Assembly: GCA_041650035.1 (NCBI GenBank)
Contig: JBAZLY010000003.1
Location: 966 to 64,965, forward strand
Direction of reading: 5' to 3'
DNA from: Candidatus Omnitrophota bacterium
Lineage (GTDB): Bacteria > Omnitrophota > Gorgyraeia > JABMRG01
Length of the DNA stretch: 64,000 nt
The notes below the pieces were generated by a model, which saw only the letters and a list, made by a program, of their open reading frames with translations, did not search any database and had not been told where the DNA came from. A program made the position numbers and the translations under genes. This document shows positions 1-8,973 of this stretch, piece after piece (position 1 is the first letter of the stretch; every line of letters starts with the position of its first letter).

Positions 1-422
1 CTTTCTCCTATTACCGAGGAGTCTACAGGAACATCTCGCCACCCTAGAAGCCTCTGGCCTTCCTCTTGTATAATCTTTTCAAAAGTCTCTATGCATAATT
101 TTTTATCCTTTTCGTCTTGTGGCAGAAATATAAGCCCTATGCCATATTCACCGACTTTTGGCAAAATTATGCCTATCTTTTTACATTCTTCTTTTAAAAA
201 AATATGGGGAATCTGGATCAGTATGCCTGCGCCATCTCCTGTTTTAGGGTCTGCTCCGACTGCACCTCGGTGACTTAGACGCTCTAAAACCTCTATTCCC
301 TTTTTGATAATGCTGTAAGACTTCTTTCCCTTGATGTCACAAACAAAGCCAACACCACAGTTATCATGCTCAAACTGCGGATCATATAACCCCTGTTTTT
401 TTGGCAAGTTGTTGTTTATCAT
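1..422 (-). CDS. gltB: glutamate synthase large subunit, N-terminal fragment running off the left edge
   Basis: Not in the ORF track because there is no stop in the window. My translation of the minus strand from ATG 422..420 gives MINNNLPKKQGLYDPQFEHDNCGVGFVCDIKGKKSYSIIKKGIEVLERLSHRGAVGADPKTGDGAGILIQIPH... This is the Ntn-type amidotransferase N-terminus of GltB, with the catalytic Cys in HDNCGVGF. The ATG overlaps the stop of the upstream gene (ATGA). Confidence 0.85.
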   Translation of the reverse strand, partial: MINNNLPKKQGLYDPQFEHDNCGVGFVCDIKGKKSYSIIKKGIEVLERLSHRGAVGADPKTGDGAGILIQIPHIFLKEECKKIGIILPKVGEYGIGLIFLPQDEKDKKLCIETFEKIIQEEGQRLLGWRDVPVDSSVIGE

Positions 423-643
423 CTTTTAAACCTTGTTACATCTATTTTTAAATGCTTAACTTTTTTATGCAGCGTGTTCCGACTAAGACCTAATATCTTA
501 GATGCCATAGCCTGGTTGCCAAAAGACCTGTCCAGAGCTTTCTCTATAAGCATCTTTTCAACATGACAAATAATATTCTCATAGATTTCCCCGATGCTTA
601 ATCCTGCAAAGTTTTCTTCTATGCTATCTACGATGCGTTTCAT
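419..643 (-). CDS. small Fis-family (Fis/NtrC-type HTH) DNA-binding protein
   Basis: 74 aa. The C-terminal HTH GNQAMASKILGLSRNTLHKKVKHLKI resembles Fis ([25 protein letters not shown]). No other domain is present. The stop overlaps the gltB start. Confidence 0.7.
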   Translation of the reverse strand: MKRIVDSIEENFAGLSIGEIYENIICHVEKMLIEKALDRSFGNQAMASKILGLSRNTLHKKVKHLKIDVTRFKR

Positions 644-739
644 ATCTAAAATCGCCTATTTTTTAAGCATCTGCCATCAAAAAAACAATCCTTTTACGCA
701 TACACGAAATTAAATTTTATGGCCTGACTATTTGATGCT

Positions 740-2071
740 TCAGGAGATTGATAGGTACTTATCAAGTTCATACTGCGAAACCTGAATCCTGTAATCATCC
801 CATTCTTTCTTTTTAAGCTTTACAAATCTTTCAAATATATGATCCCCGAGTATCTTCTTTACAAGCTTACTATCTTCAGTTATAGATATTGCGTACCCGA
901 GACTATCTGGTAAAGTCTCTATACTCTTTTTCTTTCTTTCAGTATCAGAGAGATGGTACAGGTTCAGTTCCATTGGATTGGGCACCTTATAACCTTTTTC
1001 AATACCTTCTAACCCTGCATGAAGCATAGCAGCAAATGTAAGATAAGGATTGCATGCTGGATCGCATGCCCTGAATTCACAACGTGTTGCTTTTTCCTGG
1101 CCTGGATGATAAAGAGGTACTCTTACAAGCGCGCTTCTGTTTCTGCGGCTCCATGCTATATATACCGGCGCTTCGTAACCAGGAACCAACCTTTTATATG
1201 AGTTTGTTGTCTGGGCAAATATTGAACATATCTCTTTAGCATGCTTTAATAGCCCTGCAATATAACTATAAGCAGTACTTGAGAGATTATCTTTTGACTT
1301 GGCATCAAAGAATTCATTCTTACTTCCCTTAAAAAGCGACTGGTGCGTATGCATGCCACTTCCATTCTGGCCAAATATAGGCTTTGGCATAAAGGTAGCA
1401 TAAACTCCGAACTTACTGGCTATCTCTTTAACCACAATCCTATAAGTTATAACATCATCTGCCATCTTCAAAGCATCATCATAACGCATATCTACTTCAT
1501 GCTGCGATGGCGCTACCTCATGGTGGGAATACTCAACTTTTATACCCATCTTTTCTAATGCAAGAACTGTCTCTCTTCTTAAATCACTTGCTACATCTAG
1601 TGTAGTTAAATCAAAGTAGCCGCCCTTATCCAGTATCTCTGTGCCGTTATCATTCTTAAAATAGAAGAACTCAAGTTCAGGGCCTAAATAAAAATGATCA
1701 AAACCCATATCTTTTGCCCTTTTAAGAGCTTTCTTTAGCACGTGTCTTGGATCTCCTTCATAAGGCATCCTATCAGGAGTCAATATATCACATACCATCC
1801 TTGCAACAGCTTTCTCTGTAGGACGCCATGGAAGTATCTGGAATGTATCTGGATCAGGCATAGCTATCATATCCGATTCTTCTATATCCTGATAGCCTGT
1901 GATAGATGAGCCATCAAATCCCATGCCATTCTCTAGTGCCCCTTCAAGCTCGCTATCTGTAATTGAAAAACTCTTAACCTGACCCAAAATGTCAGTAAAC
2001 CATAACCTTATAAACTTTACATCATGTTCTTTGACTAACTTTATTATCTCCTGCTTTGTCCTCTTTGCCAT
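740..2071 (-). CDS. glnA: glutamine synthetase, type I
   Basis: 443 aa with GSI blocks GMGFDGSSITGY, NGSGMHTHQS and ACNPYL. RBS AGGGGGA lies 4 nt before the ATG. Confidence 0.95.
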   Translation of the reverse strand: MAKRTKQEIIKLVKEHDVKFIRLWFTDILGQVKSFSITDSELEGALENGMGFDGSSITGYQDIEESDMIAMPDPDTFQILPWRPTEKAVARMVCDILTPDRMPYEGDPRHVLKKALKRAKDMGFDHFYLGPELEFFYFKNDNGTEILDKGGYFDLTTLDVASDLRRETVLALEKMGIKVEYSHHEVAPSQHEVDMRYDDALKMADDVITYRIVVKEIASKFGVYATFMPKPIFGQNGSGMHTHQSLFKGSKNEFFDAKSKDNLSSTAYSYIAGLLKHAKEICSIFAQTTNSYKRLVPGYEAPVYIAWSRRNRSALVRVPLYHPGQEKATRCEFRACDPACNPYLTFAAMLHAGLEGIEKGYKVPNPMELNLYHLSDTERKKKSIETLPDSLGYAISITEDSKLVKKILGDHIFERFVKLKKKEWDDYRIQVSQYELDKYLSIS

Positions 2072-2104
2072 TTCATCCCCCTATTTTTTGGCTTTTAAAG
2101 AAAA

Positions 2105-2140
2105 ACGTTCTAAAAATAGCATTTAGCTTTTTTAGAACGT
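2105..2140 (-). promoter_or_regulatory. perfect 12-bp-arm inverted repeat (hairpin or operator) just upstream of the glnA RBS
   Basis: ACGTTCTAAAAA (2105-2116), 12 nt spacer, TTTTTAGAACGT (2129-2140). On the minus strand the hairpin is followed by TTTTTCTTT. It lies 35-70 nt upstream of the glnA ATG. Confidence 0.35.
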
Positions 2141-2160
2141 CTTTGTCCCTGCGCTAATTC

Positions 2161-2177
2161 TGCACAAACTATGTGCA
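2161..2177. promoter_or_regulatory. 17-bp palindrome TGCACA-N5-TGTGCA, a candidate operator or enhancer site with NtrC-like geometry
   Basis: TGCACAAACTATGTGCA has perfect 6-bp half-sites and lies 90-106 nt upstream of glnA. A TATAAT (minus strand, 2200-2205) lies just upstream of it. Confidence 0.35.
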
Positions 2178-2246
2178 TTTATGTTTACAACCCTACACCA
2201 TTATAAGTAAAAAATAGACTCTTTTGGTAACCTGTTCTTTAAAAAA

Positions 2247-2588
2247 TCAACCTATAGCCGCATTTCCTCTTTCACCTGTTCTTATCCTTATACACTCTTG
2301 CAGATCAAGCACAAATATCTTCCCATCCCCTATCTTATCTGTCTTAGCGCCTCTTATAATAGCCTTTATGGTAGGCTCGACAAAATCTTCGTTTACCGCT
2401 ATATCAAGCCTGATCTTCTTTAAGAGGTTTATATCATGTATGACACCTCTATAAGTCTCTGTATAGCCTTTTTGCTGCCCACAGCCCAAAGCATTAGTAA
2501 CTGTCATCTTATATACCTCTGCTTCATATAATGCCTTCTTTACATCTGGCAGCTTATGTGGCTGTATCATCGCAATTATAAGTTTCAT
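2247..2588 (-). CDS. glnK: P-II nitrogen regulatory protein
   Basis: 113 aa, typical P-II length and sequence ([13 protein letters not shown]..., T-loop region GYTETYRG, C-terminal IRIRTGE). It lies immediately downstream of amt, so I call it GlnK-type by synteny. Confidence 0.93.
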   Translation of the reverse strand: MKLIIAMIQPHKLPDVKKALYEAEVYKMTVTNALGCGQQKGYTETYRGVIHDINLLKKIRLDIAVNEDFVEPTIKAIIRGAKTDKIGDGKIFVLDLQECIRIRTGERGNAAIG

Positions 2589-2599
2589 TTTAGTTCTCC

Positions 2600-3856
2600 T
2601 TATTCTGTTGTAAATATCTGAAATCCTGCATATGACTCCATGCCATGTTCACCAATATCTAAGCCTTTAAACTCCTCTTCGCGGGAAACACGTAGGCCTA
2701 TAGTCATCTCTATAACTTTAAAAACTATTCCCATAGTAACTAATATAAACGCAATGACTGTACTGACTCCTAAAATTTGTATAAGGAGCTGCTTTATGCC
2801 TCCGCCGTAGATGAGTCCATTATTGGTTAAGCCTAAGGTTTTCTGTCCAAATATACCTATAGATATAGTGCCCCATATACCATTTAAGCCATGAACTGAA
2901 ACAGCTCCTACAGGATCGTCTATACAAAACCTATCAAGCAATGCTACTCCAAGCACAACAATTATACCCCCTATTCCTCCTATCAATAGTGCCGCCCACG
3001 GCTCTATAAAAGCACATGGGGCTGTTATTGCGACCAAGCCTGCTAGAGCACCGTTCATAGCCATTGAGAGGTCTGGCTTTCCAAACATCTTCCAGATTGT
3101 AAACATCGCTGTAATCCCGCCCATTGCCGCAGCTATATTTGTATTCATAGCCACTCTTCCTATCAGTGAACCATCCCCTACGCTTAAAGTAGAACCTGGG
3201 TTGAAACCAAACCAGCCAAACCACAATATAAATACTCCTAAGGAAGCCAACGGTATAGAATGGCCTGCTATTACATTTGCGCTGCCATCTGAATTATATT
3301 TGCCTATTCTGGGTTTTAGTATTATAGTTCCTATCAATGCAGCAAAGCCTCCTACAGTGTGCACAACTGTTGAACCCGCAAAATCCATAAAATTGAGTTT
3401 CGCAAGCCAGCCTCCACCCCATATCCAATGGCCTACAATAGGATATATAAAAGCAGATATTATAAAGGAATATATAAGATACGCCTTAAACTTCATCCTC
3501 TCTGCCATGCCACCAGCTACTATTGTTGCGGCAGCCCCACAAAATGCTGCCTGGAAGAGCCAAAAAGCAAAGATAGGTATATCAACTGGTGATTTTGCAT
3601 TCACCATAAACCATCCTTTAAGCCCAATAAAGCTATTACTTGGCCCGAACATTATGGCATAACCACAGATGAAAAATCCTATTGATGCCATGCAGAAATC
3701 TAGAAAATTCTTTGTAAGTATATTGCATGTATTTTTGGAGCGTATAAAACCAGCTTCAACCATGCCGAAACCTGCCTGCATGAAAAAAACTAAAAAGGCA
3801 GCTATAAGTACCCATAGAGTATCTACTCCTATTGTAACAGCATAACTAGTATCCAT
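2600..3856 (-). CDS. amt: ammonium transporter (Amt family)
   Basis: 418 aa polytopic membrane protein with Amt motifs [11 protein letters not shown] and [17 protein letters not shown]. Confidence 0.95.
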   Translation of the reverse strand: MDTSYAVTIGVDTLWVLIAAFLVFFMQAGFGMVEAGFIRSKNTCNILTKNFLDFCMASIGFFICGYAIMFGPSNSFIGLKGWFMVNAKSPVDIPIFAFWLFQAAFCGAAATIVAGGMAERMKFKAYLIYSFIISAFIYPIVGHWIWGGGWLAKLNFMDFAGSTVVHTVGGFAALIGTIILKPRIGKYNSDGSANVIAGHSIPLASLGVFILWFGWFGFNPGSTLSVGDGSLIGRVAMNTNIAAAMGGITAMFTIWKMFGKPDLSMAMNGALAGLVAITAPCAFIEPWAALLIGGIGGIIVVLGVALLDRFCIDDPVGAVSVHGLNGIWGTISIGIFGQKTLGLTNNGLIYGGGIKQLLIQILGVSTVIAFILVTMGIVFKVIEMTIGLRVSREEEFKGLDIGEHGMESYAGFQIFTTE

Positions 3857-3877
3857 ATCTATCCTCCTGTTATATAT

Positions 3878-4648
3878 TTAAAAAGTAAATCCTAAAGCTC
3901 CACCGCCATAAAATTCATTATCCTGGTTGCCATCATCCGACTTTTTAAGATCACCAAATGGGATTACATACCCTACCCTTGGTACCAAGGTACAGTTCTT
4001 TGAAAGGTTTATTGTTAAGCCTGCGTTAAACTCCACATCGCCGCCTTGTCCTCTGATAAAAAGCTTATCATTATAACCAACATGCCCTCCTAAATCTAAA
4101 CTAGCTGGTATATTTGGTATCAATACACTATGACTTAATTCAGCAATAATATAATCGCCATGACCCCCGCCTTTTTCTTCATTCTCAAAATCGTGGTACC
4201 ATGTAATAGAAGGCGACAGCAATGCATCAACACTAGCGCCTATATAGAACTCCTGGGAGCGTAGCTTTGCCCCTATGAAATCATAATATGTATAACCACC
4301 GCATACAGATACAGGTAGTTCTGTATATTCCTTCAGATCAAGCGTATAGCCTGCAGAATAATCCAGTTCGTCTGAATCCAGAGTATCGTTATTGCCTATA
4401 TCAAAACTTCCCCATATACTTGCATTAAAACCATAGGCGTCTACATATACACCCGGCTGTATCACAGGATCATTATCTAGCTTAAAACCACGCCACATAT
4501 ATTTTGAGTATACGGCTGTATCTGCGCTTATATTTATATCTGTTCCCTCAAACAGACTCTCTCTTGCGACATCTTCTTTTGCCATGACGTTGCTTGGTAT
4601 CAATGACGCTACAAAGAACGATGCTATTGCAAAAATCACTCTTCTCAT
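3878..4648 (-). CDS. outer-membrane beta-barrel protein (TIGR02001/TorF-like putative porin)
   Basis: The start is moved to ATG 4648, giving MRRVIFAIASFFVASLIPSNVMA as a signal peptide with GGAGG upstream. It has alternating beta-strand patterns, YSKYMWRGF...IWGSFD, and a C-terminal aromatic ...ALGFTF. Confidence 0.6.
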   Translation of the reverse strand: MRRVIFAIASFFVASLIPSNVMAKEDVARESLFEGTDINISADTAVYSKYMWRGFKLDNDPVIQPGVYVDAYGFNASIWGSFDIGNNDTLDSDELDYSAGYTLDLKEYTELPVSVCGGYTYYDFIGAKLRSQEFYIGASVDALLSPSITWYHDFENEEKGGGHGDYIIAELSHSVLIPNIPASLDLGGHVGYNDKLFIRGQGGDVEFNAGLTINLSKNCTLVPRVGYVIPFGDLKKSDDGNQDNEFYGGGALGFTF

Positions 4649-4755
4649 AATATCTATTGCCTCCTTTTCTATAAAATAAAAAACGCCTGATATCAGCACT
4701 TTCTTTGCTATGATCAGACGCTTCTATGCGCTTTTACATATCTACAAGTAAACAT

Positions 4756-5271
4756 CTACCACATCTGGTAACCTTTTCTTTTGGCTTTCTCTACAATCCT
4801 CTTCTTATATTTTACGACCATAACATGCGAAATTACCATATTTTGAGCAATCTCTCTTACTGTATATCCCTTTATGAGAAATGAGAGGACTTGACGCTCT
4901 CTATTAGTTAAGTCTTTGTCTTTTATATCATTTATTGTCATCATGTTATCTGATCCAGAGAAACTAACATTTCTATTGTCTGCTATTGTATCCATCAGCG
5001 CTATGTCAGAACCTGACATTGGTTCATCAAGGCTTAATAGGAAAGCTTTCGGCCGTCCTTTTCTTAAGAAATTTAGTATATGGAACTCGCAACCTTTTAT
5101 CACGTATGATTCATTTATACCTATTGGAAGACCATCACTATATTTTTGCCACAGATATAGGCACATTTCCTGATAAAGATCTTCTTGGTCATAGAAACCC
5201 CGTAATAGATGTTTGTGCGCAATGCTTCTAAGCGCTGGGGTTATCTTCTCGAGTAAAACCTTAAAATCCAT
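4756..5271 (-). CDS. sigma-70 family (ECF-like) RNA polymerase sigma factor with LuxR-type region 4
   Basis: Region 2-like DLYQEMCLYLWQKY. C-terminal HTH LTNRERQVLSFLIKGYTVREIAQNMVISHVMVVKYKKRI. Start taken at ATG 5271 (MDFKV...), preceded by GGAGATAATGTT. The ORF-track start at 5289 is a TTG inside a terminator tail. Confidence 0.65.
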   Translation of the reverse strand: MDFKVLLEKITPALRSIAHKHLLRGFYDQEDLYQEMCLYLWQKYSDGLPIGINESYVIKGCEFHILNFLRKGRPKAFLLSLDEPMSGSDIALMDTIADNRNVSFSGSDNMMTINDIKDKDLTNRERQVLSFLIKGYTVREIAQNMVISHVMVVKYKKRIVEKAKRKGYQMW

Positions 5272-5292
5272 AACATTATCTCCAGACAAAAG

Positions 5293-5331
5293 AAAAAAGG
5301 CGCCTGTTGCCTCACTTTGGCATCAGACGCC
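5293..5331 (-). terminator. intrinsic terminator (second of two) in the sigma-gene leader
   Basis: Minus strand reads GGCGUCUGAUGCC-AAAGUGA-GGCAACAGGCGCC, about 12 bp with one mismatch, followed by UUUUUU. It ends about 20 nt before the sigma ATG. Confidence 0.6.
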
Positions 5332-5375
5332 CCGCTTTGGGCTTTTACTAATATATTATATCGTCTACATAAAAT

Positions 5376-5400
5376 AAAAAAGGCGTTCTTTTGGAACGCC
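5376..5400 (-). terminator. intrinsic terminator (first of two)
   Basis: Minus strand reads GGCGUUC-CAAAA-GAACGCC followed by UUUUUUAUUUU. Confidence 0.6.
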
Positions 5401-5438
5401 CCGTTGCTTTCACTTAAAAATACTTACTCTGTATTTTC
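5376..5438 (-). ncRNA. candidate ~60-nt small RNA or attenuated leader (promoter to first terminator)
   Basis: Bounded by a consensus promoter (5445-5473) and the terminator at 5376-5400. No ATG-initiated ORF inside. Confidence 0.3.
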
Positions 5439-5444
5439 AAAAAG

Positions 5445-5473
5445 AGTATACCATACAAACTTTTAGAAGTCAA
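5445..5473 (-). promoter_or_regulatory. sigma70-type promoter (TTGACT-17-TATACT)
   Basis: Minus strand reads cccTTGACTtctaaaagtttgtatggTATACTc. Confidence 0.6.
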
Positions 5474-5545
5474 GGGATTGTATAAAAAACTGGCTGGGTA
5501 CTCCTGTATACGTTATAAATGCATATCTATCAACCAACCGCCATT

Positions 5546-5573
5546 ATTATACGACATATAGCTTAAATATCAA
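5546..5573 (-). promoter_or_regulatory. sigma70-type promoter (TTGATA-16-TATAAT)
   Basis: Minus strand reads tttcTTGATAtttaagctatatgtcgTATAATaatgg. It lies about 100 nt upstream of the other promoter. Confidence 0.5.
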
Positions 5574-5702
5574 GAAATACTGGTCAAACAGAGATAGGTT
5601 TTGCCTGCACTGCGAAGTCCCGAGCCTGTCAAAAGAAGTCTGCCGAAGTGTTCATTTTGTCCGGTGTAGAGAAGCGGACATTGTAATCCGGACTAATTTT
5701 AG

Positions 5703-6386
5703 TTATCTTGTTTTTCCATTATCAAGCTTTTCTGGGTGGTGTTTTACAACCTTTGCCTGCACCATATATATAACATCCTCTGCAATATTTGTAGCATGGT
5801 CACAAATTCTTTCCAGATGGCGGGCTATTAGAAGAAGCGATACGGCCTTTGAAGCAGTTAACGGGTCTTTACTAATATAATCATTTATCAGTTCTTCCTG
5901 TATAAGATTCCTTAGGTTGTCAGCGCCCGAATCAGAAAGTATAACATGTTTGGCCAGTTTTTCATTGCGGTTTACAAATGCATTTATGGCATCCTTTACC
6001 ATTGCCCGTGATATACCTGTCAGTTTTGGTATATCTATAAGCGGCTTTAGCAAAGGCTCATCTGCCAGCTCAAGGTCTCTTTGCGCAATGTTTACTGCCA
6101 AATCTGCAACTCTCTCCAATTCTGCATTGATCTTCATACCTGTAGTGATAAAACGTAAATCTGTGGCCATGGGCTGCCTAAGAACCAAAAGGTCTATAGC
6201 CTCTTCTTCGATAGCCAGTTCTAATTCGTCTATCGTTTTGTCATTATCTATAACAGATTGGGCCAATTTCTTATCACGGTTTTTTAATGCCTCGACAGAC
6301 TTATATATTGCCTCTTCAGCAAGAACCGCCATCTTCAATATATCTGTATTTAACTTTTTTAAATCCTCATCAAAATGTCTGTTCAT
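5703..6386 (-). CDS. phoU: phosphate signalling complex protein PhoU
   Basis: 227 aa with two PhoU repeats and ERICDHATNIAEDV. It is the last gene of the pst operon. Confidence 0.9.
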   Translation of the reverse strand: MNRHFDEDLKKLNTDILKMAVLAEEAIYKSVEALKNRDKKLAQSVIDNDKTIDELELAIEEEAIDLLVLRQPMATDLRFITTGMKINAELERVADLAVNIAQRDLELADEPLLKPLIDIPKLTGISRAMVKDAINAFVNRNEKLAKHVILSDSGADNLRNLIQEELINDYISKDPLTASKAVSLLLIARHLERICDHATNIAEDVIYMVQAKVVKHHPEKLDNGKTR

Positions 6387-6408
6387 GTCTCACCTCTTTT
6401 TTAAGAAT

Positions 6409-7179
6409 TTATCCGAACCTGCCTGTAATATAATCCTCTGTCGCCTTCTGTTTAGGCTTAGTAAATATTATGCTTGTTAAATCTATCTCTACCATAGAAC
6501 CCAGGTAAAAAAACGCTGTAAAATCTGATACCCTTGCCGCCTGCTGCATATTGTGCGTTACTATTATTATAGTATAATTTTTCTTTAAATCCAGCATAAG
6601 CTCTTCTATCTTTGCTGTCGAAATAGGATCAAGGCTGGCGCAAGGCTCATCAAAAAGAATAACCTTAGGCTCTACTGCAAGGCATCTTGCGATACACAGC
6701 CTCTGCTGTTGGCCACCTGAAAAACCTAACGCATTATCATGCAGTCTGTCCTTTACCTCATTCCAGAGAGCGGCCTTTTTTAAAGACTCTTCAACCTTTG
6801 CATCTATATAGCTTTTATCCCTTATTCCGTTTATCCTTAAGCCATAACTTATGTTCTCATATATGCTTTTTGGGAAAGGGTTGGGCTTTTGAAAGACCAT
6901 GCCAACAGACCTTCTGATATCCACAACATCGGTATCTTGTGTATATATTTCTTTACCGTTTAAAAAGATCTTACCCTCCATGCGTGTACCCGGTATAAGC
7001 TCATTCATTCTGTTTATAAGCCTGATAAATGTCGTTTTGCCGCAGCCGGAGGGGCCTATAATTGCTGTGATTCTGTTTTCCGGTACAGAGAAAGTTATAT
7101 TTTTAAGCGCCTGCTTATTATAGTAATAAAAATTTACATCCTCAAATTTCATACACTCTTTAATATTATTAGTGTACAT
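6409..7179 (-). CDS. pstB: phosphate ABC transporter ATP-binding protein
   Basis: Walker [10 protein letters not shown], signature FSGGQQQRL, Walker B ILFDEP. RBS GAGGAG lies 5 nt upstream of ATG 7179. Confidence 0.95.
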   Translation of the reverse strand: MYTNNIKECMKFEDVNFYYYNKQALKNITFSVPENRITAIIGPSGCGKTTFIRLINRMNELIPGTRMEGKIFLNGKEIYTQDTDVVDIRRSVGMVFQKPNPFPKSIYENISYGLRINGIRDKSYIDAKVEESLKKAALWNEVKDRLHDNALGFSGGQQQRLCIARCLAVEPKVILFDEPCASLDPISTAKIEELMLDLKKNYTIIIVTHNMQQAARVSDFTAFFYLGSMVEIDLTSIIFTKPKQKATEDYITGRFG

Positions 7180-8020
7180 ATAATCTCCTCTGGCTCTGGC
7201 GTATTACAACAGCTATAGCTGAAACTGAAAGAACTATCAAAAGCAATATAAGAGCGCATCCATAAGCAATCCGTACTTGCTGATCAGGGCGTGTGCCTTC
7301 TGTCATTAGTGCGTATATATGATAAGGCAAAGCCATTGTCTCTGAAAATATAGACTTTGGATAAGACCTCATGTAAAAAGTGCCTGCTGTAAAAAGAATA
7401 GGCGCTGTCTCTCCTGCAACGCGCCCTATGCCTAAAATGATTCCTGTTAATATTCCCGGAAGCGCTGTGGGAACAACAACTTTCTTTATAGTCTGCCAAT
7501 GTGATGCGCCAAGCGCAAGAGATGCTTCTCTGTATGACTGCGGCACAGCCATCAGTGCTTCTTGAGAAGTGGATATTATGCTTGGAAGAACCATAACAGC
7601 CAAAGTTAAACTACCGGATAATATGGACACGCCAAAACCGAATATCTTAACAAATATAGCTAAACCAAAAAGCCCAAAGACCACAGAAGGTACTCCAGCC
7701 AGATTATTTATACTCATCCTTATTATATTGACTATATAGCTTTTTGGGCTATATTCACATAGATACACGGCGCATGCAACTCCCAAAGGCAGAGCAAATA
7801 ATATTGCTCCTATAGTCAAACACAAAGTGCCTACTATGGCCGGGGCAACACCGCCTTTTGTCATAGCATCTTTTGGAAATTGCGTGAGAAATTCCCAGCT
7901 TATCACCTTAACCCCTCTTACTGCTATAAAATATATTATAGTTATGAGAAAAAAAATAGTCAGCGCTGTCAGCGCAAAAAGCATAATAAATCCTAATTTT
8001 TCAACCACTTTTTGATTCAT
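7169..8020 (-). CDS. pstA: phosphate ABC transporter permease PstA
   Basis: 283 aa, 6 TM, permease loop [25 protein letters not shown] overlap with pstC. Confidence 0.9.
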   Translation of the reverse strand: MNQKVVEKLGFIMLFALTALTIFFLITIIYFIAVRGVKVISWEFLTQFPKDAMTKGGVAPAIVGTLCLTIGAILFALPLGVACAVYLCEYSPKSYIVNIIRMSINNLAGVPSVVFGLFGLAIFVKIFGFGVSILSGSLTLAVMVLPSIISTSQEALMAVPQSYREASLALGASHWQTIKKVVVPTALPGILTGIILGIGRVAGETAPILFTAGTFYMRSYPKSIFSETMALPYHIYALMTEGTRPDQQVRIAYGCALILLLIVLSVSAIAVVIRQSQRRLYVH

Positions 8021-8907
8021 CTTCCTATGCCTAACTTTAATCTGAATCTTCGGCTTATTCCCTCTGCCGTTGCATTAAAAACAAGGGTTATCAAAAAAAG
8101 GATCATACCTATCCCAAAAAGCGCGTGGTAATGCGAACTTCCTATAACAGCCTCGCCCATCTCTGCGGCTATTGTTGCTGTCATTGGCCTAACCGGATCA
8201 AAAAAAGACTTTGGCACAACCGCAGCGCCGCCGCAGACCATTAAAACCGTCATGGTCTCACCCACTGCCCTGCTCATGCCTAAAATTATTGCTGTTGAAA
8301 TACCAGAACCTGCTGCAGGCATCGTAACCTTTATAAGAGTTTGCCATCTGTTGGCACCAAGTGCAAGAGATGCCTCCCTAAAGCTTCTCGGCACATATGC
8401 AAGAGCATCTTCTGCTATACTGCATACAGTGGGCGTGGCCATTATTCCAAGCATTACACTTCCTGTCAATGCGGTCAGGCCGACTGGCAGATTAAAAACC
8501 TTCTGTAAAATAGGGGCTACAATTACCATACCAAAAAAACCATACACAATAGAGGGTATACCGGCTAAGATTTCAATTACGGGTTTTAATATAGACTTTT
8601 GACGCAAACTTGCTGCTTCATGTATAAATAACGCGCTTCCAACCCCCAATGGAACACATATAAAAAGAGCGCCCGCTGTTACCCATATAGATGCCATAAT
8701 CAAAGGAAATATTCCAAAATCTGGCGGATCATAGGTAGGATACCAGAGCTTTCCAAATATAAAATCAAAAAAACTTACCTCTCTAAATATGGGCAGGCCT
8801 TCTTTAAAAAGAATTACAGATATTCCTACTAAAAAGACAAGGCATGAAAAAGCCAATACAGTGAATATATACTTGTATATGTTTTCTATTATATGACTTT
8901 TTCTCAT
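8017..8907 (-). CDS. pstC: phosphate ABC transporter permease PstC
   Basis: 296 aa, permease loop [21 protein letters not shown]. Synteny pstS-C-A-B-phoU. Confidence 0.9.
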   Translation of the reverse strand: MRKSHIIENIYKYIFTVLAFSCLVFLVGISVILFKEGLPIFREVSFFDFIFGKLWYPTYDPPDFGIFPLIMASIWVTAGALFICVPLGVGSALFIHEAASLRQKSILKPVIEILAGIPSIVYGFFGMVIVAPILQKVFNLPVGLTALTGSVMLGIMATPTVCSIAEDALAYVPRSFREASLALGANRWQTLIKVTMPAAGSGISTAIILGMSRAVGETMTVLMVCGGAAVVPKSFFDPVRPMTATIAAEMGEAVIGSSHYHALFGIGMILFLITLVFNATAEGISRRFRLKLGIGR

Positions 8908-8919
8908 AACAAACCTTTA

Positions 8920-8946
8920 GTTGCGGCGGGAAATATTCGCCGCAAC
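8920..8946 (-). promoter_or_regulatory. intercistronic GC-rich stem-loop between pstS and pstC
   Basis: GTTGCGGCG-N9-CGCCGCAAC, a perfect 9-bp stem with no U-tract. Probably an mRNA stabiliser or partial terminator that gives excess PstS. Confidence 0.45.
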
Positions 8947-8973
8947 AATTCAGAACTGCGGCATAGAGCTTGT

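Noticed and set aside
2072-2246. Looked for a sigma54 -24/-12 promoter (TGGCAC-N5-TTGCW) and a GlnR/TnrA box (TGTNA-N7-TNACA) upstream of glnA.
   Set aside because: The best candidates (TGGTGTAGGGTTGTA, TGTAAACATAAATGCACA) have the wrong spacing or wrong half-sites.
5917-6480. 187-aa plus-strand ORF.
   Set aside because: It is antisense to phoU and pstB. It is S/A/F-rich and has no start context.
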